Below, piece by piece: positions 12,523-25,200 of a DNA stretch of 64,000 bases. Source of the DNA: Auanema rhodensis. Lineage: Eukaryota; Animalia; Nematoda. Made by a program: the position numbers and the translations under genes. Position 1 is the stretch's first letter, and every line of letters starts with the position of its first letter. The stretch covers positions 17,794,001-17,858,000 of the forward strand of contig OZ059900.1 of the NCBI GenBank assembly GCA_964057225.1, written 5' to 3'. The notes beneath the pieces were generated by a model that worked only from the letters and a program-made list of their open reading frames with translations, was not told where the DNA came from and did no database searches.

Positions 12523-15500
12523 ATTTTAGTATGTAACACGCTGAAATTCGTTTCGTTTGACGACTCATATGAACAAAAATCGATTTAATCAATATTAGCC
12601 ATAAGGGGCGTGCCCTCAGAATATGCTAATTTCCTTAATTTTCTAACCCCTGTTTTTTTGTCGTGAAAGTGGAACTAGACGTTGTAGGAACAATTTTGAG
12701 CTAGGTTTCATTGACATTGCATGAGTTTGAACACATGAAATCGTAAGTCAAAACCTTGTTTACAGCGAAATTTCCAAAAACTGGTTTTCCAGCATAATAA
12801 AATATTTCTCATGGGAAATACTGTGTTTTTGTATTTTTATAGTGTTCAGCATGTAAAATGTTTCATTTTAGTATGTAACACGCTGAAATTCGTTGCATTT
12901 GACGACTCATATGAACAAAAATCGATTTAATCAATATTAGCCATAAAGGGCGTGCCCTCAGAATATGCTAATTTCCTTAATTTTCTAACCCCTGTTTTGT
13001 TGTCGTGAAAGTGGAACTAGACGTTGTAGGAACAATTTTGAGCTAGGTTTCATTGACATTGCATGAGTTTGAACACATGAAATCGTAAGTCAAAACCTTG
13101 TTTACAGCGAACTTTCCAAAAACTGGTTTTCCAGCATAATAAAATATTTCTTATGGGAAATACTGTGTTTTTGTATTTTTCTAGTGTTCAGCATGTGAAA
13201 TGCTTCATTTTAGTATGTAACACGCTGAAATTCGTTGCATTTGACGACTCATATGAACAAAAATCGATTTAATCAATATTAGCCATAAGGGGCGTGCCCT
13301 CAGAATATGCTAATTTCCTTAATTTTCTAACCCCTGTTTTGTTGTCGTGAAAGTGGAACTAGACGTTGTAGGAACAATTTTGAGCTAGGTTTCATTGACA
13401 TTGCATGAGTTTGAACACATGAAATCGTAAGTCAAAACCTTGTTTACAGCGAAATTTCCAAAAACTGGTTTTCCAGCATAATAAAATATTTCTCATGGGA
13501 AATACTGTGTTTTTGTATTTTTCTAGTGTTCAGCATGTAAAATGCTTCATTTTAGTATGTAACACGCTGAAATTCGTTGCATTTGACGACTCATATGAAC
13601 AAAAATCGATTTAATCAATATTAGCCATAAGGGGCGTGCCCTCAGAATATGCTAATTTCCTTAATTTTCTAACCCCTGTTTTTTGTCGTGAAAGTGGAAC
13701 TAGACGTTGTAGGAACAATTTTGAGCTAGGTTTCATTGACATTGCATGAGTTTGAACACATGAAATCGTAAGTCAAAACCTTGTTTACAGCGAAATTTCC
13801 AAAAACTGGTTTTCCAGCATAATAAAATATTTCTCATGGGAAATACTGTGTTTTTGTATTTTTATAGTGTTCAGCATGTAAAATGCTTCATTTTAGTATG
13901 TAACACGCTGAAATTCGTTGCATTTGACGACTCATATGAACAAAAATCGATTTAATCAATATTAGCCATAAAGGGCGTGCCCTCAGAATATGCTAATTTC
14001 CTTAATTTTCTAACCCCTGTTTTGTTGTCGTGAAAGTGGAACTAGACGTTGTAGGAACAATTTTGAGCTAGGTTTCATTGACATTGCATGAGTTTGAACA
14101 CATGAAATCGTAAGTCAAAACCTTGTTTACAGCGAACTTTCCAAAAACTGGTTTTCCAGCATAATAAAATATTTCTTATGGGAAATACTGTGTTTTTGTA
14201 TTTTTCTAGTGTTCAGCATGTGAAATGCTTCATTTTAGTATGTAACACGCTGAAATTCGTTGCATTTGACGACTCATATGAACAAAAATCGATTTAATCA
14301 ATATTAGCCATAAGGGGCGTGCCCTCAGAATATGCTAATTTCCTTAATTTTCTAACCCCTGTTTTGTTGTCGTGAAAGTGGAACTAGACGTTGTAGGAAC
14401 AATTTTGAGCTAGGTTTCATTGACATTGCATGAGTTTGAACACATGAAATCGTAAGTCAAAACCTTGTTTACAGCGAAATTTCCAAAAACTGGTTTTCCA
14501 GCATAATAAAATATTTCTCATGGGAATACTGTGTTTTTGTATTTTTCTAGTGTTCAGCATGTAAAATGCTTCATTTTAGTATGTAACACGCTGAAATTCG
14601 TTGCATTTGACGACTCATATGAACAAAAATCGATTTAATCAATATTAGCCATAAGGGGCGTGCCCTCAGAATATGCTAATTTCCTTAATTTTCTAACCCC
14701 TGTTTTTTTGTCGTGAAAGTGGAACTAGACGTTGTACGAACAATTTTGAGCTAGGTTTCATTGACATTGCATGAGTTTGAACACATGAAATCGTAAGTCA
14801 AAACCTTGTTTACAGCGAAATTTCCAAAAACTGGTTTTCCAGCATAATAAAATATTTCTCATGGGAAATACTGTGTTTTTGTATTTTTATAGTGTTCAGC
14901 ATGTAAAATGCTTCATTTTAGTATGTAACACGCTGAAATTCGTTGCATTTGACGACTCATATGAACAAAAATCGATTTAATCAATATTAGCCATAAAGGG
15001 CGTGCCCTCAGAATATGCTAATTTCCTTAATTTTCTAACCCCTGTTTTGTTGTCGTGAAAGTGGAACTAGACGTTGTAGGAACAATTTTGAGCTAGGTTT
15101 CATTGACATTGCATGAGTTTGAACACATGAAATCGTAAGTCAAAACCTTGTTTACAGCGAACTTTCCAAAAACTGGTTTTCCAGCATAATAAAATATTTC
15201 TTATGGGAAATACTGTGTTTTTGTATTTTTCTAGTGTTCAGCATGTGAAATGCTTCATTTTAGTATGTAACACGCTGAAATTCGTTGCATTTGACGACTC
15301 ATATGAACAAAAATCGATTTAATCAATATTAGCCATAAGGGGCGTGCCCTCAGAATATGCTAATTTCCTTAATTTTCTAACCCCTGTTTTGTTGTCGTGA
15401 AAGTGGAACTAGACGTTGTAGGAACAATTTTGAGCTAGGTTTCATTGACATTGCATGAGTTTGAACACATGAAATCGTAAGTCAAAACCTTGTTTACAGC

Positions 15501-16965
15501 GAAATTTCCAAAAACTGGTTTTCCAGCATAATAAAATATTTCTCATGGGAATACTGTGTTTTTGTATTTTTCTAGTGTTCAGCATGTAAAATGCTTCATT
15601 TTAGTATGTAACACGCTGAAATTCGTTGCATTTGACGACTCATATGAACAAAAATCGATTTAATCAATATTAGCCATAAGGGGCGTGCCCTCAGAATATG
15701 CTAATTTCCTTAATTTTCTAACCCCTGTTTTTTTGTCGTGAAAGTGGAACTAGACGTTGTACGAACAATTTTGAGCTAGGTTTCATTGACATTGCATGAG
15801 TTTGAACACATGAAATCGTAAGTCAAAACCTTGTTTACAGCGAAATTTCCAAAAACTGGTTTTCCAGCATAATAAAATATTTCTCATGGGAAATACTGTG
15901 TTTTTGTATTTTTCTAGTGTTCAGCATGTGAAATGCTTCATTTTAGTATGTAACACGCTGAAATTCGTTGCATTTGACGACTCATATGAACCAAAATCGA
16001 TTTAATCAATATTAGCCATAAGGGGTGTGCCCTCAGAATATGCTAATTTCCTTAATTTTCTAACCCCTGTTTTGTTGTCGTGAAAGTGGAACTAGACGTT
16101 GTACGAACAATTTTGAGCTAGGTTTCATTGACATTGCATGAGTTTGAACACATGAAATCGTAAGTCAAAACCTTGTTTACAGCGAAATTTCCAAAAACTC
16201 GTTTTCCAGCATAATAAAATATTTCTCATGGGAAAAACTGTGTTTTTGTATTTTTCTAGTGTTCAGCATGTAAAATGCTTCATTTTAGTATGTAACACGC
16301 TGAAATTCGTTGCATTTGACGACTCATATGAACAAAAATCGATTTAATCAATATTAGCCATAAGGGGCGTGCCCTCAGAATATGCTAATTTCCTTAATTT
16401 TCTAACCCCTGTTTTTTTGTCGTGAAAGTGGAACTAGACGTTGTACGAACAATTTTGAGCTAGGTTTCATTGACATTGCATGAGTTTGAACACATGAAAT
16501 CGTAAGTCAAAACCTTGTTTACAGCGAAATTTCCAAAAACTGGTTTTCCAGCATAATAAAATATTTCTCATGGGAAATACTGTGTTTTTGTATTTTTCTA
16601 GTGTTCAGCATGTGAAATGCTTCATTTTAGTATGTAACACGCTGAAATTCGTTGCATTTGACGACTCATATGAACCAAAATCGATTTAATCAATATTAGC
16701 CATAAGGGGTGTGCCCTCAGAATATGCTAATTTCCTTAATTTTCTAACCCCTGTTTTGTTGTCGTGAAAGTGGAACTAGACGTTGTAGGAACAATTTTGA
16801 GCTAGGTTTCATTGACATTGCATGAGTTTGAACACATGAAATCGTAAGTCAAAACCTTGTTTACAGCGAAATTTCCAAAAACTGGTTTTCCAGCATAATA
16901 AAATATTTCTCATGGGAAATACTGTGTTTTTGTATTTTTATAGTGTTCAGCATGTAAAATGCTTC

Positions 16966-17378
16966 ATTTTAGTATGTAACACGCTGAAATTCGTTGCATT
17001 TGACGACTCATATGAACAAAAATCGATTTAATCAATATTAGCCATAAGAGGCGTGCCCTCAGAATATGCTAATTTCCTTAATTTTCTAACCCCTGTTTTT
17101 TTGTCGTGAAAGTGGAACTAGACGTTGTAATAACAATTTTGAGCTAGGTTTCATTGACATTGCATGAGTTTGAACACATGAAATCGTAAGTCAAAACCTT
17201 GTTTACAGCGAAATTTCAAAAACTGGTTTTCCAGCATAATAAAATATTTCTCATGGGAAATACTGTGTTTTTGTATTTTTCTAGTGTTCAAAAACTGGTT
17301 TTCCAGCATAATAAAATATTTCTCATGGGAAATACTGTGTTTTTGTATTTTTCTAGTGTTCAGCATGTAAAATGCTTC
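16966..17378 (+). repeat. 413-bp variant monomer, copy 4
   Basis: Same 72-bp duplication (17215-17362) and linked markers. Confidence 0.96.
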
Positions 17379-20300
17379 ATTTTAGTATGTAACACGCTGA
17401 AATTCGTTTCATTTGACGACTCATATGAACAAAAATCGATTTAATCAATATTAGCCATAAGGGGCGTGCCCTCAGAATATGCTAATTTCCTTAATTTTCT
17501 AACCCCTGTTTTTTTGTCGTGAAAGTGGAACTAGACGTTGTAGGAACAATTTTGAGCTAGATTTCATTGACATTGCATGAGTTTGAACACATGAAATCGT
17601 AAGTCAAAACCTTGTTTACAGCGAAATTTCCAAAAACTGGTTTTCCAGCATAATAAAATATTTCTCATGGGAAATACTGTGTTTTTGTATTTTTATAGTG
17701 TTCAGCATGTAAAATGTTTCATTTTAGTATGTAACACGCTGAAATTCGTTGCATTTGACGACTCATATGAACAAAAATCGATTTAATCAATATTAGCCAT
17801 AAAGGGCGTGCCCTCAGAATATGCTAATTTCCTTAATTTTCTAACCCCTGTTTTGTTGTCGTGAAAGTGGAACTAGACGTTGTAGGAACAATTTTGAGCG
17901 AGGTTTCATTGACATTGCATGAGTTTGAACACATGAAATCGTAAGTCAAAACCTTGTTTACAGCGAAATTTCCAAAAACTGGTTTTCCAGCATAATAAAA
18001 TATTTCTCATGGGAAATACTGTGTTTTTGTATTTTTCTAGTGTTCAGCATGTAAAATGCTTCATTTTAGTATGTAACACGCTGAAATTCGTTGCATTTGA
18101 CGACTCATATGAACAAAAATCGATTTAATCAATATTAGCCATAAGGGTCGTGCCCTCAGAATATGCTAATTTCCTTAATTTTCTAACCCCTGTTTTTTTG
18201 TCGTGAAAGTGGAACTAGACGTTGTAGGAACAGTTTTGAGCTAGGTTTCATTGACATTGCATGAGTTTGAACACATGAAATCGTAAGTCAAAACCTTGTT
18301 TACAGCGAAATTTCCAAAAACTGGTTTTCCAGCATAATAAAATATTTCTCATGGGAAATACTGTGTTTTTGTATTTTTCTAGTGTTCAGCATGTAAAATG
18401 CTTCATTTTAGTATGTAACACGCTGAAATTCGTTGCATTTGACGACTCATATGAACAAAAATCGATTTAATCAATATTAGCCATAAGGGGCGTGCCCTCA
18501 GAATATGCTAATTTCCTTAATTTTCTAACCCCTGTTTTTTGTCGTGAAAGTGGAACTAGACGTTGTAGGAACAATTTTGAGCTAGGTTTCATTGACATTG
18601 CATGAGTTTGAACACATGAAATCGTAAGTCAAAACCTTGTTTACAGCGAAATTTCCAAAAACTGGTTTTCCAGCATAATAAAATATTTCTCATGGGAAAT
18701 ACTGTGTTTTTGTATTTTTATAGTGTTCAGCATGTAAAATGCTTCATTTTAGTATGTAACACGCTGAAATTCGTTGCATTTGACGACTCATATGAACAAA
18801 AATCGATTTAATCAATATTAGCCATAAGGGGCGTGCCCTCAGAATATGCTAATTTCCTTAATTTTCTAACCCCTGTTTTTTTGTCGTGAAAGTGGAATTA
18901 GACGTTGTAGGAACAATTTTGAGCTAGGTTTCATTGACATTGCATGAGTTTGAACACATGAAATCGTAAGTCAAAACCTTGTTTACAGCGAAACTTCCAA
19001 AAACTGGTTTTCCAGCATAATAAAATATTTCTCATGGGAAATACTGTGTTTTTGTATTTTTATGGTGTTCAGCATGTAAAATGCTTCATTTTAGTATGTA
19101 ACACGCTGAAATTCGTTGCATTTGACGACTCATATGAACAAAAATCGATTTAATCAATATAAGCCATAAAGGGCGTGCCCTCAGAATCTGCTAATTTCCT
19201 TAATTTTCTAACCCCTGTTTTTTTGTCGTGAAAGTGGAACTAGACGTTGTAGGAACAATTTTGAGCTAGATTTCATTGACATTGCATGAGTTTGAACACA
19301 TGAAATCGTAAGTCAAAACCTTGTTTACAGCGAAATTTCCAAAAACTCGTTTTCCAGCATAATAAAATATTTCTCATGGGAAATACTGTGTTTTTGTATT
19401 TTTTTAGTGTTCAGCATGTAAAATGCTTCATTTTAGTATGTGACACGCTGAAATTAATTGCATTTGACGACTCATATGAACAAAAATCGATTTAATCAAT
19501 ATTAGCCATAAGGGGCGTGCCCTCAGAATATGCTAATTTCCTTAATTTTCTAACCCCTGTTTTTTTGTCGTGAAAGTGGAACTAGACGTTGTAGGAACAA
19601 TTTCGAGCTAGATTTCATTGACATTGCATGAGTTTGAACACATGAAATCGTAAGTCAAAACCTTGTTTACAGCGAAATTTCCAAAAACTGGTTTTCCAGC
19701 ATAATAAAATATTTCTCATGGGAAATACTGTGTTTTTGTATTTTTATAGTGTTCAGCATGTAAAATGCTTCATTTTAGTATGTAACACGCTGAAATTCGT
19801 TGCATTTGACGACTCATATGAACAAAAATCGATTTAATCAATATTAGCCATAAGGGGCGTGCCCTCAGAATATGCTAATTTCCTTAATTTTCTAACCCCT
19901 GTTTTTTTGTCGTGAAAGTGGAATTAGACGTTGTAGGAACAATTTTGAGCTAGGTTTCATTGACATTGCATGAGTTTGAACACATGAAATCGTAAGTCAA
20001 AACCTTGTTTACAGCGAAACTTCCAAAAACTGGTTTTCCAGCATAATAAAATATTTCTCATGGGAAATACTGTGTTTTTGTATTTTTATGGTGTTCAGCA
20101 TGTAAAATGCTTCATTTTAGTATGTAACACGCTGAAATTCGTTGCATTTGACGACTCATATGAACAAAAATCGATTTAATCAATATAAGCCATAAAGGGC
20201 GTGCCCTCAGAATCTGCTAATTTCCTTAATTTTCTAACCCCTGTTTTTTTGTCGTGAAAGTGGAACTAGACGTTGTAGGAACAATTTTGAGCTAGATTTC

Positions 20301-21823
20301 ATTGACATTGCATGAGTTTGAACACATGAAATCGTAAGTCAAAACCTTGTTTACAGCGAAATTTCCAAAAACTCGTTTTCCAGCATAATAAAATATTTCT
20401 CATGGGAAATACTGTGTTTTTGTATTTTTCTAGTGTTCAGCATGTGAAATGCTTCATTTTAGTATGTAACACGCTGAAATTCGTTGCATTTGACGACTCA
20501 TATGAACCAAAATCGATTTAATCAATATTAGCCATAAGGGGCGTGCCCTCAGAATCTGCTAATTTCCTTAATTTTCTAACCCCTGTTTTTTTGTCGTGAA
20601 AGTGGAACTAGACGTTGTAGGAACAATTTTGAGCTAGATTTCATTGACATTGCATGAGTTTGAACACATGAAATCGTAAGTCAAAACCTTGTTTACAGCG
20701 AAATTTCCAAAAACTCGTTTTCCAGCATAATAAAATATTTCTCATGGGAAATACTGTGTTTTTGTATTTTTCTAGTGTTCAGCATGTGAAATGCTTCATT
20801 TTAGTATGTAACACGCTGAAATTCGTTGCATTTGACGACTCATATGAACCAAAATCGATTTAATCAATATTAGCCATAAGGGGTGTGCCCTCAGAATATG
20901 CTAATTTCCTTAATTTTCTAACCCCTGTTTTGTTGTCGTGAAAGTGGAACTAGACGTTGTACGAACAATTTTGAGCTAGGTTTCATTGACATTGCATGAG
21001 TTTGAACACATGAAATCGTAAGTCAAAACCTTGTTTACAGCGAAATTTCCAAAAACTCGTTTTCCAGCATAATAAAATATTTCTCATGGGAAAAACTGTG
21101 TTTTTGTATTTTTCTAGTGTTCAGCATGTAAAATGCTTCATTTTAGTATGTAACACGCTGAAATTCGTTGCATTTGACGACTCATATGAACAAAAATCGA
21201 TTTAATCAATATTAGCCATAAGGGGCGTGCCCTCAGAATATGCTAATTTCCTTAATTTTCTAACCCCTGTTTTTTTGTCGTGAAAGTGGAACTAGACGTT
21301 GTACGAACAATTTTGAGCTAGGTTTCATTGACATTGCATGAGTTTGAACACATGAAATCGTAAGTCAAAACCTTGTTTACAGCGAAATTTCCAAAAACTG
21401 GTTTTCCAGCATAATAAAATATTTCTCATGGGAAATACTGTGTTTTTGTATTTTTCTAGTGTTCAGCATGTGAAATGCTTCATTTTAGTATGTAACACGC
21501 TGAAATTCGTTGCATTTGACGACTCATATGAACCAAAATCGATTTAATCAATATTAGCCATAAGGGGTGTGCCCTCAGAATATGCTAATTTCCTTAATTT
21601 TCTAACCCCTGTTTTGTTGTCGTGAAAGTGGAACTAGACGTTGTAGGAACAATTTTGAGCTAGGTTTCATTGACATTGCATGAGTTTGAACACATGAAAT
21701 CGTAAGTCAAAACCTTGTTTACAGCGAAATTTCCAAAAACTGGTTTTCCAGCATAATAAAATATTTCTCATGGGAAATACTGTGTTTTTGTATTTTTATA
21801 GTGTTCAGCATGTAAAATGCTTC

Positions 21824-22236
21824 ATTTTAGTATGTAACACGCTGAAATTCGTTGCATTTGACGACTCATATGAACAAAAATCGATTTAATCAATATTAGC
21901 CATAAGAGGCGTGCCCTCAGAATATGCTAATTTCCTTAATTTTCTAACCCCTGTTTTTTTGTCGTGAAAGTGGAACTAGACGTTGTAATAACAATTTTGA
22001 GCTAGGTTTCATTGACATTGCATGAGTTTGAACACATGAAATCGTAAGTCAAAACCTTGTTTACAGCGAAATTTCAAAAACTGGTTTTCCAGCATAATAA
22101 AATATTTCTCATGGGAAATACTGTGTTTTTGTATTTTTCTAGTGTTCAAAAACTGGTTTTCCAGCATAATAAAATATTTCTCATGGGAAATACTGTGTTT
22201 TTGTATTTTTCTAGTGTTCAGCATGTAAAATGCTTC
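21824..22236 (+). repeat. 413-bp variant monomer, copy 5
   Basis: Same 72-bp duplication (22073-22220) and linked markers. Confidence 0.96.
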
Positions 22237-25200
22237 ATTTTAGTATGTAACACGCTGAAATTCGTTTCATTTGACGACTCATATGAACAAAAATCGATTT
22301 AATCAATATTAGCCATAAGGGGCGTGCCCTCAGAATATGCTAATTTCCTTAATTTTCTAACCCCTGTTTTTTTGTCGTGAAAGTGGAACTAGACGTTGTA
22401 GGAACAATTTTGAGCTAGATTTCATTGACATTGCATGAGTTTGAACACATGAAATCGTAAGTCAAAACCTTGTTTACAGCGAAATTTCCAAAAACTGGTT
22501 TTCCAGCATAATAAAATATTTCTCATGGGAAATACTGTGTTTTTGTATTTTTATAGTGTTCAGCATGTAAAATGTTTCATTTTAGTATGTAACACGCTGA
22601 AATTCGTTGCATTTGACGACTCATATGAACAAAAATCGATTTAATCAATATTAGCCATAAAGGGCGTGCCCTCAGAATATGCTAATTTCCTTAATTTTCT
22701 AACCCCTGTTTTGTTGTCGTGAAAGTGGAACTAGACGTTGTAGGAACAATTTTGAGCTAGGTTTCATTGACATTGCATGAGTTTGAACACATGAAATCGT
22801 AAGTCAAAACCTTGTTTACAGCGAAATTTCCAAAAACTGGTTTTCCAGCATAATAAAATATTTCTCATGGGAAATACTGTGTTTTTGTATTTTTCTAGTG
22901 TTCAGCATGTAAAATGCTTCATTTTAGTATGTAACACGCTGAAATTCGTTGCATTTGACGACTCATATGAACAAAAATCGATTTAATCAATATTAGCCAT
23001 AAGGGTCGTGCCCTCAGAATATGCTAATTTCCTTAATTTTCTAACCCCTGTTTTTTTGTCGTGAAAGTGGAACTAGACGTTGTAGGAACAGTTTTGAGCT
23101 AGGTTTCATTGACATTGCATGAGTTTGAACACATGAAATCGTAAGTCAAAACCTTGTTTACAGCGAAATTTCCAAAAACTGGTTTTCCAGCATAATAAAA
23201 TATTTCTCATGGGAAATACTGTGTTTTTGTATTTTTCTAGTGTTCAGCATGTAAAATGCTTCATTTTAGTATGTAACACGCTGAAATTCGTTGCATTTGA
23301 CGACTCATATGAACAAAAATCGATTTAATCAATATTAGCCATAAGGGGCGTGCCCTCAGAATATGCTAATTTCCTTAATTTTCTAACCCCTGTTTTTTGT
23401 CGTGAAAGTGGAACTAGACGTTGTAGGAACAATTTTGAGCTAGGTTTCATTGACATTGCATGAGTTTGAACACATGAAATCGTAAGTCAAAACCTTGTTT
23501 ACAGCGAAATTTCCAAAAACTGGTTTTCCAGCATAATAAAATATTTCTCATGGGAAATACTGTGTTTTTGTATTTTTATAGTGTTCAGCATGTAAAATGC
23601 TTCATTTTAGTATGTAACACGCTGAAATTCGTTGCATTTGACGACTCATATGAACAAAAATCGATTTAATCAATATTAGCCATAAGGGGCGTGCCCTCAG
23701 AATATGCTAATTTCCTTAATTTTCTAACCCCTGTTTTTTTGTCGTGAAAGTGGAATTAGACGTTGTAGGAACAATTTTGAGCTAGGTTTCATTGACATTG
23801 CATGAGTTTGAACACATGAAATCGTAAGTCAAAACCTTGTTTACAGCGAAACTTCCAAAAACTGGTTTTCCAGCATAATAAAATATTTCTCATGGGAAAT
23901 ACTGTGTTTTTGTATTTTTATGGTGTTCAGCATGTAAAATGCTTCATTTTAGTATGTAACACGCTGAAATTCGTTGCATTTGACGACTCATATGAACAAA
24001 AATCGATTTAATCAATATAAGCCATAAAGGGCGTGCCCTCAGAATCTGCTAATTTCCTTAATTTTCTAACCCCTGTTTTTTTGTCGTGAAAGTGGAACTA
24101 GACGTTGTAGGAACAATTTTGAGCTAGATTTCATTGACATTGCATGAGTTTGAACACATGAAATCGTAAGTCAAAACCTTGTTTACAGCGAAATTTCCAA
24201 AAACTCGTTTTCCAGCATAATAAAATATTTCTCATGGGAAATACTGTGTTTTTGTATTTTTTTAGTGTTCAGCATGTAAAATGCTTCATTTTAGTATGTG
24301 ACACGCTGAAATTAATTGCATTTGACGACTCATATGAACAAAAATCGATTTAATCAATATTAGCCATAAGGGGCGTGCCCTCAGAATATGCTAATTTCCT
24401 TAATTTTCTAACCCCTGTTTTTTTGTCGTGAAAGTGGAACTAGACGTTGTAGGAACAATTTCGAGCTAGATTTCATTGACATTGCATGAGTTTGAACACA
24501 TGAAATCGTAAGTCAAAACCTTGTTTACAGCGAAATTTCCAAAAACTGGTTTTCCAGCATAATAAAATATTTCTCATGGGAAATACTGTGTTTTTGTATT
24601 TTTATAGTGTTCAGCATGTAAAATGCTTCATTTTAGTATGTAACACGCTGAAATTCGTTGCATTTGACGACTCATATGAACAAAAATCGATTTAATCAAT
24701 ATTAGCCATAAGGGGCGTGCCCTCAGAATATGCTAATTTCCTTAATTTTCTAACCCCTGTTTTTTTGTCGTGAAAGTGGAATTAGACGTTGTAGGAACAA
24801 TTTTGAGCTAGGTTTCATTGACATTGCATGAGTTTGAACACATGAAATCGTAAGTCAAAACCTTGTTTACAGCGAAACTTCCAAAAACTGGTTTTCCAGC
24901 ATAATAAAATATTTCTCATGGGAAATACTGTGTTTTTGTATTTTTATGGTGTTCAGCATGTAAAATGCTTCATTTTAGTATGTAACACGCTGAAATTCGT
25001 TGCATTTGACGACTCATATGAACAAAAATCGATTTAATCAATATAAGCCATAAAGGGCGTGCCCTCAGAATCTGCTAATTTCCTTAATTTTCTAACCCCT
25101 GTTTTTTTGTCGTGAAAGTGGAACTAGACGTTGTAGGAACAATTTTGAGCTAGATTTCATTGACATTGCATGAGTTTGAACACATGAAATCGTAAGTCAA

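Larger units (their letters stand above)
1..14700 (+). repeat. Large block duplication within the array, copy A (matches 23604-~38305; offset 23,603 bp = 68 monomers)
   Basis: Long monomers and otherwise private SNPs recur at exactly +23,603 (5659/29262, 5751/29354, 5941/29544, 6480/30083; GGGAATAC deletion near 14525/38128). Confidence 0.93.
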
